This document shows, in pieces, positions 31,111 to 41,806 of a DNA stretch of 64,000 nucleotides; the first letter of the stretch is position 1; each line of letters starts with the position of its first letter. Under the pieces are notes generated by a model. That model ran no database searches. It was not told the origin of the DNA and saw only the letters and a list, made by a program, of their open reading frames with translations. The position numbers were made by a program, and so were the translations under genes. The DNA is from Candidatus Neptunichlamydia sp. (GTDB lineage Bacteria > Chlamydiota > Chlamydiia > Chlamydiales > Simkaniaceae): contig OZ247587.1 in assembly GCA_965233865.1 (NCBI GenBank), positions 1,728,001 through 1,792,000 on the forward strand, written 5' to 3'.

Positions 31111-31882
31111 ATGAAAATGACAGTTCAGTTAACAGCAAAAAATATAGATGACTTTTCTCAAATAGAAGAAGGATTAGATTGCTTTAAAGACCCAGTTACT
31201 TTTGGAGTAATGGGGCACAAGCCGCAAGTATTGCCATGTGGTCATACATTTGAAGAAGACACCATTCAAAAAGTTTTTTGAATATGTCGAAAGAGCTATT
31301 CTAGATGCTCACCAACGCGGAATACGTCCAGAAGAGCCACCAGAACCAAAATGTCCGTTCTGCAAAAAAGACATCTCTCCTGAGTATATGCCTATACCAA
31401 ATATCAACCTTAGGCAAGCTATAGAAACGATAGGATCAAGGGTTTTACCATCCCTTCAAAGCGAACAACAAGAAAAGACAGTCTACAAAGACGCATTAAA
31501 CCAAGACGTCCAACAACTTGCTGTATAAATAGTTAAGGAAAATTCTCGAATCACTAATCTTGAAAAAGAAAACGTCGTTCTTGAAGATAGATGCCAAACG
31601 GCTGAAGGAGAAAACAAAGCCCTAACTGAGCAAAGGAACAAACTATCTTTGGAACTTTCTGAAACTCACCTCAATGATTTGACTGCAGATATTCAAAAAT
31701 TAGACACGTCAATATTCAGAAAAGAAGTAATGAGCATTGGAACGGCTGTTGGAAGTATTTTTTAGATGATGTTCTTGCCGTTTGTAGGAGGTCCTGTTGG
31801 GTTTACTGCTGGTGTTGCAGTACCCTGTGCGGGCTTTGCAGTATGTGATAAGATTGACGAATCTACGAGAAAAATATTATGA
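31111..31882 (+). pseudogene. U-box E3-ligase-like effector with coiled coil and C-terminal hydrophobic hairpin
   Basis: FKDPVTFGVM..KPQVLPCGHTFE..TI / CPFCKK...IPNINLRQAIE; frameshift near 31270, stops at 31526 and ~31763. Confidence 0.75.
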
Positions 31883-31909
31883 ACCTTAAAGCTCAAGAAA
31901 GGGTTTAAA

Positions 31910-32455
31910 ATGAGCCCTTCAGTAAATGTAATTCCAAAAGCAAACTAGTCATGTTCAATTTGTTTAGAGATAATGAATGGCCAAGAAGATACAAATGGGA
32001 GTGTATGCATCTCAAAAAGGTGCATGCATATTTTCCATAAAGCCTGTATAGAAAAAGCGATTGATGACAGTCGATCATGCCCGTTATGTAGAAGCCAAAT
32101 AGCAAGGGCTTTTCTTGTTGATAATCTCGAGTATGAGGAACAATGCAAGAAGTGGGAAGCAAATCCTGAAGGGTATACCCTTGAAGCGGAGTTTTTTAAG
32201 AAATATCACAAGACACCGCAAGAACAGGAACTACTCGCAGAAGACATCAAATGGCTTAGAGGAGAACCTAATCATTCAACGCTTGCTGATGATGAAGAGA
32301 ACGAACGCAGTGAGGGGAGCGAAAATAGAGGATGGTGGTGGTCGTCCCTTAAAGGATATGAAGATTACGGCGTTAAGGCTGTTCCTGCGGTATTAAATGG
32401 GTATCAAACACATGGAAAAGCACTAAGAAATTCGTCAAAAGAAACAAAAAGGTAG
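31910..32455 (+). pseudogene. RING-H2 protein with premature amber stop
   Basis: MSPSVNVIPKAN*SCSICLE...CMHIFHKAC...CPLCR; TAG at 31946-31948 in frame with ORF 31973. Confidence 0.78.
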
Positions 32456-33447
32456 TGATTATCTCAGCTGTTGTTGTAGTTGCTGCAACTGTGGTTATCA
32501 TCGCTACAAGTGGAGCTGCTGCGCCTGTTATTGCTGCGGGAGCTGCTGCTGTAGATTATGATGCCAATGGAGAAACGAAGCCAAAAAACAATCCCAAACC
32601 ACGAACACCTGTAAATAAGGCTGGGGAGGTGAACGTACCTTATGACGCCTATGACTATGATACTCCGCTTAATAATTCAGCTTATCCAAGCCATTGTGAC
32701 TATGATCGACCGAAAGAAATAGAAGCTTTAATACCAAAGATCACTCCACAATTAGAGCCGATACCCGAGAAAAGTGCTCTCCTAAAAGAAACTATCGAAA
32801 GACAAAACACCACTCTTAAAGAAGAGCTCAGTCAAGAACCTGTGCTAGCTGCAAATAACTTAAATATTCCAAAGAAAGACGAAGCTTCGTTTTGGTCACA
32901 AGCAGCCGAAAAAGCGCGAGAGGTCGGATCTTATGTTGTTCATGAAGTATACGATGGAGTTACGGATCATCTAAGCATCGTGTCGAGCATAACGGGACTT
33001 GTTTCAAAAACGTTCAATAACGCATCAGAGTATCTCAGCAATATTAGTCCTTTTGAAAGAGATCCTAGAGAAGCCTTCCAAGAAAAGATCGAAGCAGGTC
33101 ATGAGAAAATTGATGAAGTTTTTGGGACTGACTATGCTAATATGTATTCTGACGAGGTAAAAGCCATAAGGGATAAGCTCACTACCTGGATGCTACCTCC
33201 TCCTCTTAGTGGTTTTAGTAACCAAATCAAAAAATCGTCCAATTTCTTTGAAAAGAACATAAAGCATATTTTCAGAGACAAACCAGGACATTTGCGTGAT
33301 ACCGCAGCAAATAGGCAGTTGTTACTTGAAGTAGCTGGAGATCCAAATAATTTTCTAGGAGTAGATAAATACGGAAAATCTTGGCATGCTAAAATACTAC
33401 AGAGCAAACGGAATCACTCCATCAGTTCCATTTTCAGAAAGTGCTAG
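32455..33447 (+). pseudogene. Fragment of polymorphic-toxin-like protein
   Basis: Hydrophobic AVVVVAATVVIIATSGAAAP segment; C-terminal KHIFRDKPGHLRDT..NR.LL...D..N.LG.DKYG..W domain that appears truncated. Confidence 0.5.
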
Positions 33448-33489
33448 CAGAGATCCAGAAAGGTTTTATAGAGGGGGAGAGAGAGACTA

Positions 33490-34335
33490 GATAGTGTAGA
33501 CACAAGTTTAAATTTGCGCTAAGCTGGTTTCTTAAACTTTCAAGGAGAGGTTTAGAGATGACCGTACCAGCGCACAGACGTCACGATATTTTCAGGTCGA
33601 ATTTGGAAAAAACTTGAGCCTTATCTTCCAGAAAGAAGAGGGGTGTGGGGAGGGGTAGCACAAGATAATCGGCGATTTATCAACGCGGTTTTTTGGATTA
33701 TTCGTACCGGAGCTCCATGGCGTGACTTACCTCCAGACTATGGGAACTGGGGAAATGTGCATCGTCGTTTTATCCGTTGGAGGAATAAAGGTGTCTGGGA
33801 ACTTCTTCTGGAAAAAGTAGTGGACGATCCTGATTACGAGTGGTTAATGATCGATGCAACCCATATCAAAGTTCACCCTCACGCAGCAGGTGCACAAGGT
33901 GGTAATCAAGATATGGCTCGGACAAAAGGGGGCTCAATACGAAATTACATTTGGCCGTGGATTCGCATGGTATGCCGATCAGAGCGATTATTACGTCAGG
34001 TACTCAATCAGACTACCTTCAGGCCAAACACCTAATAGAGGGAATTAACGCCGATTACCTACTAGCAGATCGGGGTTATGACAGCGATGCAATCGTAACT
34101 CAAGCGATCTCTCAAGGAATGAAGGCGGTTATCCCTCTCAGAAAAAATAGGAAAAGCAAGAGAGCTTATGATAAGCATCTCTATAAATTGAGACATCTTG
34201 TAGAAAATGCTTTTTTACATTTGAAGCGATGGAGAGGAATTGCTACACGCTATGCTAAGCACACATCCTCTTTCTCGGCTGCGGTTCAGATCAGATGTTT
34301 AGCTTTATGGGTAGAAATCTCGTGACTACACTATC
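33490..34335 (+). mobile_element. IS5-family element (IS427-like)
   Basis: IRs GATAGTGTAGACAC / GTGACTACACTATC, TA flanks; RTGAPWRDLP, IDAT, ADRGYDSD, RHLVENAF; AAAAGGGGG slip site at ~33925 plus an extra frameshift near 33590. Confidence 0.92.
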
Positions 34336-34590
34336 TAAACAAAATTCTAGAAAGAGCTCTTTGTGAAGGTCTGCAGGAGAGATATCTATTAGCAGATACT
34401 ACTTTCTTTGAAAAGATTAGTGCTACTGAAAGAGCCATTCAAGAGATAAACCGCTGAGGTCAATACTCTTATTGATTATACGAGTCTTACTGTCCTCAAA
34501 AATGCATTTCCTGAAGGTGCTGAAGATGAACAAAAAATAGAGTATGGACAATGTGTTTGTGATTGTATTGCTGCGGTTCGGCAGTAACCA

Positions 34591-35511
34591 TTAGAGCCAT
34601 TTCTTTCGCTGAAAGAGGATGAGAGATAGGATCGAGAGCCCCACAATTAATACCATGATGACTGAAAAGGCGTGCTTTGCGCTTTCTCCAGGAAGGGACA
34701 CATTCATCCCATAGAGCGAGGCGATCATTGTTGGAATGCTAAGGATAATTGTCAGAGCTGTCAAAAGTTTTATCGTTTTATTCAGCTGGTTTGTAAAGAT
34801 GATTTGATAGGAGTCGCGCAGGCTGCGGATACTTCTTAGGTTGATCGAACAAAGGTCTTCAGACTGGATACTTGCATTCAATAGATCTTCCAGTAGGTCT
34901 TGGTCTTTCTCATAAAGTAGTGTGTAGCGCCCAGAGGTAATCGATTCTAGGACTGAGCGCATAGGAACAAGAGAGGAGAGATACTGATTTAGAATCTCTT
35001 CAGTATGGGTAAGGTTAGTGATGTCGCGGCTGTCGACGTGGGACATCTTTTTTTCTTGTTTTAGGACGCTTGTCCGGATCTTCTTAATCTGCAGGGTATA
35101 TTCTTGCGTGATCTTCAGAAGAATGTAAATAATAAATTTAGATTTATTAGAAGGGCTGAGTTTAGGTTTTTGAGAGATGAAGTTCTCGACAATTTGGCTT
35201 TTCTGAGGGCAGATAGTAATAAAATAGTCTTTCGTGAGGATAATGGTAAAGGTGGTGGTATAGAGTCCCGCCTCAGGTTCCATGGGATGACGGGTAAAGA
35301 TCAGAACTGTTTCATCAACTTTTTCAACACGGGGGATCTCATAGCGGTCGAGAGAGTCATACATATCGGTATACTCTAAGTCGATCAGCTTACTGATCTG
35401 GTTGATATCGTTGGTGGTCGCATCTTCAACATGAATCCAACATCCCTTTCTAGGCTCAGGAATCTCAATGAACTCATCGTCGTGCTCACCCTTATCGTAA
35501 ATGGTAATCAT
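34591..35511 (-). CDS. corA: CorA-family Mg2+ transporter
   Basis: YGMNV signature between two C-terminal TM helices. Confidence 0.9.
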   Translation of the reverse strand: MITIYDKGEHDDEFIEIPEPRKGCWIHVEDATTNDINQISKLIDLEYTDMYDSLDRYEIPRVEKVDETVLIFTRHPMEPEAGLYTTTFTIILTKDYFITICPQKSQIVENFISQKPKLSPSNKSKFIIYILLKITQEYTLQIKKIRTSVLKQEKKMSHVDSRDITNLTHTEEILNQYLSSLVPMRSVLESITSGRYTLLYEKDQDLLEDLLNASIQSEDLCSINLRSIRSLRDSYQIIFTNQLNKTIKLLTALTIILSIPTMIASLYGMNVSLPGESAKHAFSVIMVLIVGLSILSLILFQRKKWL

Positions 35512-35590
35512 AACCCACTATCCATGCAATATAGATATGGCATAAAATAGCAGATGCAGAGAATAAAAACTAGAGCTAACTGGCACGTAG

Positions 35591-36637
35591 TTAGATTTTC
35601 TCTAGTTTTTCAACACGTTTTTTGAGGGAAGCTAAATCTTTTACAAACATTACAATCTTTCTTAGAAGAACTTGACGCTTGTTAAATTCGGGCATAGGGG
35701 AGACTGGGCCGCCACCGTAAATACCAGGCTTAGAGATTGACTTACTCACACCGCCGCGTGTTGCAACTTTCACGTTATCACAAATTTCAATATGTCCCAC
35801 AACGCCTGCTTGTCCGCCTAAGAAGACGTTATTGCCAAGCTTTGCTGACCCAGCAATTCCTGTCTGTGAGACAATGATATTGTTTTTCCCAAGTTCAACA
35901 TTGTGGGCAATCTGCACCAGGTTATCGAGTTTGGTTCCTTTGCAAATTAAAGTCGACTTGAAACGAGCGCGATCGATCGTTGTGTTTGCTCCGATTTCGA
36001 CATCGTCTTCTAGAGTTACTGCCCCAAGCTGTTCAAGCTTGGTGTGGCACCCTGTTTTAGGATCTGTAGTATATCCATAGCCGCAGGAACCAATAACAGC
36101 ACCAGGCTGCAATATAACGCGATTCCCAAGGACACACCTTTCCCTTATACTCGAGTTAGGGTAGAAAGTGCATTTTTTGCCAACAACCACTGACACTCCA
36201 ATATAAACATTAGGGTAGATCTCAGTTTTATCTCCAATCACTGCATAAGCATCAACTACGGCGCAGGGACCAATGGTGACATCCTTCCCAATTGTAGCTG
36301 TATCATGGACAACAGCTGATGAGTGGATCCCTTTGAATCCAGAGTGTTGATGGGTAGAGGAAAGAACCGCTTCAGCAATGAGCTGAAAGGTGCGAGAAGG
36401 GTTGCTTCCTACAAGGAAGTTTTTTCCCTTTACAGGAGTTATTTTTTCGTCAATGCAGATAACGCCTGCACTTGACTGCTTCATTGCTTCGGTATACTTA
36501 GGATTTGCTAAAAAAGAGGCATCCTTTTCGGATGCCGATTCGAGATTGTCCACGCTACAAATCTTAAATTCAGGGTCGCCGACAAGTTCTGTTTGGGTGA
36601 GCTCAGAGAGCTCAGCCAGTGAAAAGTGTTTGGCCAT
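35591..36637 (-). CDS. lpxD: UDP-3-O-acylglucosamine N-acyltransferase
   Basis: Hexapeptide repeats, EIGANTTIDR, DNLVQIAHN. Confidence 0.97.
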   Translation of the reverse strand: MAKHFSLAELSELTQTELVGDPEFKICSVDNLESASEKDASFLANPKYTEAMKQSSAGVICIDEKITPVKGKNFLVGSNPSRTFQLIAEAVLSSTHQHSGFKGIHSSAVVHDTATIGKDVTIGPCAVVDAYAVIGDKTEIYPNVYIGVSVVVGKKCTFYPNSSIRERCVLGNRVILQPGAVIGSCGYGYTTDPKTGCHTKLEQLGAVTLEDDVEIGANTTIDRARFKSTLICKGTKLDNLVQIAHNVELGKNNIIVSQTGIAGSAKLGNNVFLGGQAGVVGHIEICDNVKVATRGGVSKSISKPGIYGGGPVSPMPEFNKRQVLLRKIVMFVKDLASLKKRVEKLEKI

Positions 36638-36655
36638 TCTAGAAATCCTATTTTT

Positions 36656-37210
36656 CTATTGATTATCAGCAGCTTGCGCTACATTTTCTTTATCAAAACT
36701 TTTATCCATCTCATTAATGACAGACTCGGTGATATCAAATGAAGGGTTGTAGAAGAAACATACTTCTTCACGGACAACCATAGGAAGTTGTTTCTTTTTA
36801 GCAACGTTTTCAGATGCTTTTTGAACATGCCCATTTAGGGTTTGCATGAGCTGCATGTTAGCTTGCTGCATGACTTGCATGTATTGATTTTGGTACCGAT
36901 TGTGTTCCTCACTGAGTGTTTGAAAACGAGCTTTCATTTCTTGCTCAGCTTCAGGAGAGAGGCTATCAACAAACTCTGGATCATTGAACTTTGTTGCAAT
37001 CTCGTTGATTTGCTTTTCGATATCAGTCATCAAGGTCGTCATTTGTTCGCGGAGCTTTTCGAATGATTCTTGTTCCTGTTTGCCATGTTTAGACTCAGTG
37101 ACGCAATTTGTGAAATTTACAATTCCGTAGGGGGTTTCTTCTGCGAAGCTCTTAAGAGAAGTAAGACAGAGTAGAGAGGTAAATAGAATGAAAATCTGTC
37201 GCTTTTTCAT
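36656..37210 (-). CDS. skp: Periplasmic chaperone Skp/OmpH
   Basis: Signal peptide, coiled coil, DIT..VI end; between bamA and lpxD. Confidence 0.9.
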   Translation of the reverse strand: MKKRQIFILFTSLLCLTSLKSFAEETPYGIVNFTNCVTESKHGKQEQESFEKLREQMTTLMTDIEKQINEIATKFNDPEFVDSLSPEAEQEMKARFQTLSEEHNRYQNQYMQVMQQANMQLMQTLNGHVQKASENVAKKKQLPMVVREEVCFFYNPSFDITESVINEMDKSFDKENVAQAADNQ

Positions 37211-37275
37211 GAATTGACTCCTTAAAATATTTTTTAACTTGGTGTTGATCATAGCATCTTTGGGATTTATTGCCC

Positions 37276-39690
37276 TTAAAATTGTCCGCCCATCGAGAAA
37301 AAGACCCCATTATGATCACCTTTGTCATCTTTTCTCTCAGGGTTAATTGGGAAGCCTATACCCACCATGATAGGAACGCGATTCCCAAGTTCAACCCGAG
37401 CCCCGACACCGTAACTCATTCTAAGCTTTGGGACACTAAACTTCTTAGCAGAAATTGAACCAGCATCAAAAAAAGTGAAGAGATCGAGCATTCTAAAGAT
37501 GGTTTGGTTGTATTCAATAGAAAAGAGGGTAGAGGAGATACCGCCTGTAGGATCGCTCTTTTCTTTTCCTTCTTTATTATCGAAGTGGGGCCCCAGGATA
37601 TAGGGTTTGTACCCTCGAACAGAGGTCTCACCTCCCAAAAAGAATTTCTCACTAACCGGAAGATCATCCGCTGTTCCTTCCCCAAAGGGAAAAAGAAATT
37701 TAAAGTCCCAGCGCAGCTTAAGGGTTCCTTTCCTCCATACGGGATAATAGTATGCATTTAGATAGCTAGCTTTTACAAAAGGGAATATGGTGTGTGATGG
37801 TTGATTTTCTTTTAGCTCTAGCATGACTCCTGCAAGCTCTACTTGAGTAGAAGAGTAGAAGCCTCTATGAGGCTTGAAAGCGTTATCTCTTGAATCATAG
37901 GAAATTGAGTTTCCAATGCCTGTTACATAACCATTATTGCGGAGTTCTTTGAGCGCATCAGGACTTAATTTATTTTTGTCTACGTGGGTAATGTTTCTAC
38001 GAAAACGTAAATTTGTTCCGTAAGTCCAGTAGGCTGTTAGAGGATAACTTGCAGAAACAGAAGCTCCATACGTATTCACGTGGTAGTCATCAGACTGCAG
38101 CCCGGTTTTTGAATAGTTGAGGTCAAATCCAAAACGCCAGAGAGTATCTCTAAAGTAGGGATCCATCCAGGCAATGGTATAGTTCTGCTGCTTCTTGCCG
38201 ATATGAACGCGCGCATGAGCATATTCACCGGCGCCTCTAAACGAAGACATCCCCTCGCGCCACCATTTAGTGAGGCCTCGATGATCAAAATTGTTTTCAG
38301 CAAGATCAAGTCCTCCAAAGAGGTCGTCAATTGTACTGAGTCCAAAGAAGAGACTCAAACTTCCAGTCATTGTTTCTTCGATCTCAAGAATAACATCACG
38401 GTAGTTTTCACCGAGCTCCTGGTCTTCAGGTGTTTTCACCGGGTACACATTGACAGACTTAAAATAGCCAATTGCTTCAAGCCGTTGTTGAGTAACTTTT
38501 AGCCTTCTAGTATCAAACACCTCTCCAGGAACCAGCAGAGATTCTCTTAGGATAACATTCTTACTCGTAGAGCTGTTTCCGAGGACTCGAATGAGACCAA
38601 TCTTAAATTGATCACCTTCATTAATTTGAATGCCAATATTGTAGACGGGGACACTTCGAGAAAGATGAAGAGTGTAATGGACGCCGGTTTCTATATAACC
38701 GTCTTTTCCATAGAAGTCTTTAATGTTCTGAATACTATCGCGCAACTTTTCAGGAGAGAAAATAGAACCATCTTTGATGATCATGGCTTTTTCGATTTGC
38801 TCTTCTGTTAAAAGCTCATTTCCCGAGATCGTAATATCTCCAAAATGGAAGAGATCACCTTTATCGGCGTTAATTGAAATTTCAAGACGGCCTTCTTCAG
38901 TTTCTTTGATCTGAATGTTGACGCGAGCATCTGCAAAACCCTCATTTTGCAAGTAGTTTACGATAACAAGTTTGTCATGCTCAAGAGCTTCATCATGGTA
39001 GTTCCCAGTTCCTGTAATCCAACTCGTGAAAAAATTGTATTTTTTCGTCGTCATGAGCTCGAGGATCTTTGATTCTTCGTGTTTTTTAAGCCCATTGAAG
39101 CAAATCTTTTTGATGTGTCCTGAATTCCCTTCATAGACCGTAATCTCAACATCTACTTCGTTTGTGTTCCCATAAGGAATCAGCTTATATTCAAGCTGGG
39201 AGTCGAAATAACCCTTCTTGACGTAGAACTCTTTAACTTTATTGAAAGCTTTGTTGAAATCTTCTCGATTAAAAACGGTGTGAACCTTGATACCAAGCTC
39301 TTTTTGAAGCTTGCAAGTTTTAACCTTTTCATTACCACCCCAAGAAATGGCGCGGATCATTGGTTTTTGCCAGAGTTTAATCGTGATGTAGACTTCTCCC
39401 TGACTGATTTCCATCGTAGGAACAGCGCGGTCGTACTCCTCAGATAGGGTTTTTAAATCATAATCAAAGGTGAGTTGAGAGAAGGGATCGCCTGACTTGG
39501 TTCTTAGCTTAGTGAGGACGCGCTCTTGGCTAAACGTAGCACCTCGTGGAAGGTTTTCCGTGACAATGGTGATCTTTCCTACCCGTTTGTTTTCGTATAC
39601 TTCGGATGCAGGAGGAGCGGCAAAAACCGATTTCATTGGCGCAGTTATCAAGAGTAAAGGAGCTATTGCGGCGAGAAACTTTGTGTTCAT
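37276..39690 (-). CDS. bamA: Outer membrane assembly factor BamA
   Basis: POTRA repeats, FFLGGETSVRGY, terminal GGQF. Confidence 0.97.
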   Translation of the reverse strand: MNTKFLAAIAPLLLITAPMKSVFAAPPASEVYENKRVGKITIVTENLPRGATFSQERVLTKLRTKSGDPFSQLTFDYDLKTLSEEYDRAVPTMEISQGEVYITIKLWQKPMIRAISWGGNEKVKTCKLQKELGIKVHTVFNREDFNKAFNKVKEFYVKKGYFDSQLEYKLIPYGNTNEVDVEITVYEGNSGHIKKICFNGLKKHEESKILELMTTKKYNFFTSWITGTGNYHDEALEHDKLVIVNYLQNEGFADARVNIQIKETEEGRLEISINADKGDLFHFGDITISGNELLTEEQIEKAMIIKDGSIFSPEKLRDSIQNIKDFYGKDGYIETGVHYTLHLSRSVPVYNIGIQINEGDQFKIGLIRVLGNSSTSKNVILRESLLVPGEVFDTRRLKVTQQRLEAIGYFKSVNVYPVKTPEDQELGENYRDVILEIEETMTGSLSLFFGLSTIDDLFGGLDLAENNFDHRGLTKWWREGMSSFRGAGEYAHARVHIGKKQQNYTIAWMDPYFRDTLWRFGFDLNYSKTGLQSDDYHVNTYGASVSASYPLTAYWTYGTNLRFRRNITHVDKNKLSPDALKELRNNGYVTGIGNSISYDSRDNAFKPHRGFYSSTQVELAGVMLELKENQPSHTIFPFVKASYLNAYYYPVWRKGTLKLRWDFKFLFPFGEGTADDLPVSEKFFLGGETSVRGYKPYILGPHFDNKEGKEKSDPTGGISSTLFSIEYNQTIFRMLDLFTFFDAGSISAKKFSVPKLRMSYGVGARVELGNRVPIMVGIGFPINPERKDDKGDHNGVFFSMGGQF

Positions 39691-39760
39691 TAATGTGGTC
39701 TTCTATTATCAATAATAAGTTTTCCAATTATAGGAAACGAAGAAGAATTATTGCAAGAGT

Positions 39761-40360
39761 TTAGAACTTTTGCCTTCCTGAAAAGGCTTGAGAAAGGGTT
39801 CCTTCATCAACAAAATCAAGTGAACTCCCAAGAGGAAGGCCCAATGCTAAGCGTGAAACTTCAACTCCATATTTTTCGAATTGTTCTTTAAGATAAAGAG
39901 AGGTTGCATCGCCTTCTAAAGTTGAATCGAGAGCTAAGATAATTTCTTTTGTTCCTAGTTCTTCAATCCGTTTTTGCAATTGAGGGAGGTTTAAATTTTC
40001 GGGAGTTTTCCCATCAAGTGGAGATAAGAGAGCACCTAAAACATGATAGAGCCCTTGATAGTTGCCGGTTTCTTCAATTGCGTAGGCATCGCGGGGACTT
40101 GCTATGATACACAACTGATTCCGATTCCGCCTTTCGTGGTCGCAGAACGAGCACCGCACACCATCTATTAAGCAGCAGCATTTAGCGCAGGACTGCACCC
40201 GCTCTTTCAAAGTCTCCACTCCGTCGGCGAACTCATGAAGGTCCTTTTCTCCCCATTCTAACAAATGGAAGGCATACCGTTCGGCAGTCTTTTTCCCTAC
40301 CCCAGGAAGCTTTCTAAGGTAAGCGATAAGAGTAAGTAAATCTTTAGGGTATCTAACCAT
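39761..40360 (-). CDS. recR: Recombination mediator RecR
   Basis: LPGVGKKTAER, C4 zinc finger, YHVLG, EGDAT. Confidence 0.97.
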   Translation of the reverse strand: MVRYPKDLLTLIAYLRKLPGVGKKTAERYAFHLLEWGEKDLHEFADGVETLKERVQSCAKCCCLIDGVRCSFCDHERRNRNQLCIIASPRDAYAIEETGNYQGLYHVLGALLSPLDGKTPENLNLPQLQKRIEELGTKEIILALDSTLEGDATSLYLKEQFEKYGVEVSRLALGLPLGSSLDFVDEGTLSQAFSGRQKF

Positions 40361-40807
40361 GCTTTTGAACATAGCATTTTGCAAAGATTAATGGCTAGGT
40401 GATCAAAAAAAATCATGAGAAAGTGCCTATAAACCTGAATTTTAAGTGTGTTTCTCTTATTCTCAGGGATTTTTCGTTTTTTTTATCTTTTTTGCTTGAA
40501 AAGGGTTAATTGACCCTTCCCTGCGTCAAAGTGAGGGCAGCCACCCCAAAGCAGGTCGAGTGGGTTGCTATATTCAGTGTTTCCCTACAAATTTTAGGCC
40601 TTCCCAAGTCTTTTAACTTTATAGAATTCAAGATTTTTGTCAAAAGGTTCGTATTGCTCTTTTGAGCCAGAAACTCGAAAGAATATAGAGGTTATAAGAA
40701 TTATTGTCCATGAATAAAAGATTGTACTACTTGAGAGATTTGGGGCTTTTTCTTTAATGTTTTTTAGGGTATGATGCTTCTTAGTCATCTAAAGGAATAG
40801 TTTTACA

Positions 40808-41806
40808 GTGGATCAAAAAGCGAAGATTATTGGGCTTGGAGCCTACTTGCCCAGCCGGGTACTTTCGAATCAAGATTTGGAAAAAATGGTGGAAACCTCT
40901 GATGAGTGGATCACCTCGCGAACGGGTATGAAAGAACGTCGTATTGCTGCTGAGGATGAGTTTACTTCAGACATGGGCTATGAAGCGGCAAAGCAGGCTC
41001 TTTCTGAAAGTGAAATTCAAGCAAAAGATATAGATCTTATATTGGTGGCTACACTCACCCCTGATTACGTATTTCCGAGTACAGCGTGTCTGATCCAAAA
41101 TAAGTTAGGGGCATCGAATGCAGCAGCCATGGACATGCAAGCAGCGTGTTCGGGTTACATTTATGCTCTATCGATGGCAAAAGCTTATGTCGAATCCGGA
41201 ATGCACAATAACATTCTTATTATTGCCGCAGAGAAACTTTCCTCAATTGTTGATTATGAAGATCGGAACACTTGCGTGCTCTTTGGCGATGGCGCTTCTG
41301 CCTGTGTTGTTAGCGGATCAAAGCCTGGGTATGTGATTGAAAATGTCTCTCTTGGCTGCGACGGAAAGCAGTCGGAACTTCTAATTCTTCCTGCAGGAGG
41401 GTCAAAAAGGCCCGCATCGGTTGAAACCGTTCAGGCAGGAGAGCACTTTATTAAAATGGAAGGGAAAGAGGTCTTCAAGCATGCAGTGCGCCGAATGGAA
41501 GGGGCTGTGAAAAATTGTCTTGATGCTTCTGGCCTAACAGAAAAGGAAATCAGCTGGATGGTTCCCCATCAAGCCAATATCCGCATCATTGAAGCCCTCG
41601 CAAAACGGTTTGAAGTCCCCAGAGAACAGGTTTACCTAACAATACATAAATATGGAAATACTTCGGCCTCTTCAGTGGGGATTGCCCTTGATGAACTTGT
41701 TAAGGAAAAGGGTGTAAAGCGGGGAGAGCGAATCGTTCTCTTCGGGTTTGGAGCGGGACTTACTTGGGGAGCAGCTGCGCTGACGTGTGAGATTGACCGT
41801 GGATAA
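40808..41806 (+). CDS. fabH: 3-oxoacyl-ACP synthase III
   Basis: AACSG, PHQAN, YGNTSAS. Confidence 0.98.
   Translation: MDQKAKIIGLGAYLPSRVLSNQDLEKMVETSDEWITSRTGMKERRIAAEDEFTSDMGYEAAKQALSESEIQAKDIDLILVATLTPDYVFPSTACLIQNKLGASNAAAMDMQAACSGYIYALSMAKAYVESGMHNNILIIAAEKLSSIVDYEDRNTCVLFGDGASACVVSGSKPGYVIENVSLGCDGKQSELLILPAGGSKRPASVETVQAGEHFIKMEGKEVFKHAVRRMEGAVKNCLDASGLTEKEISWMVPHQANIRIIEALAKRFEVPREQVYLTIHKYGNTSASSVGIALDELVKEKGVKRGERIVLFGFGAGLTWGAAALTCEIDRG

Larger units (their letters stand above)
27500..34590. mobile_element. Decayed prophage-like/integrative accessory region
   Basis: Mosaic of broken phage-type ORFs and effector-like ORFs between pdhC and corA; boundaries approximate. Confidence 0.65.

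Noticed and set aside
40501..40590. SRP RNA (ffs) near recR
   Set aside because: The conserved CAGG...GGAA...AGCAG domain IV signature was not found on either strand
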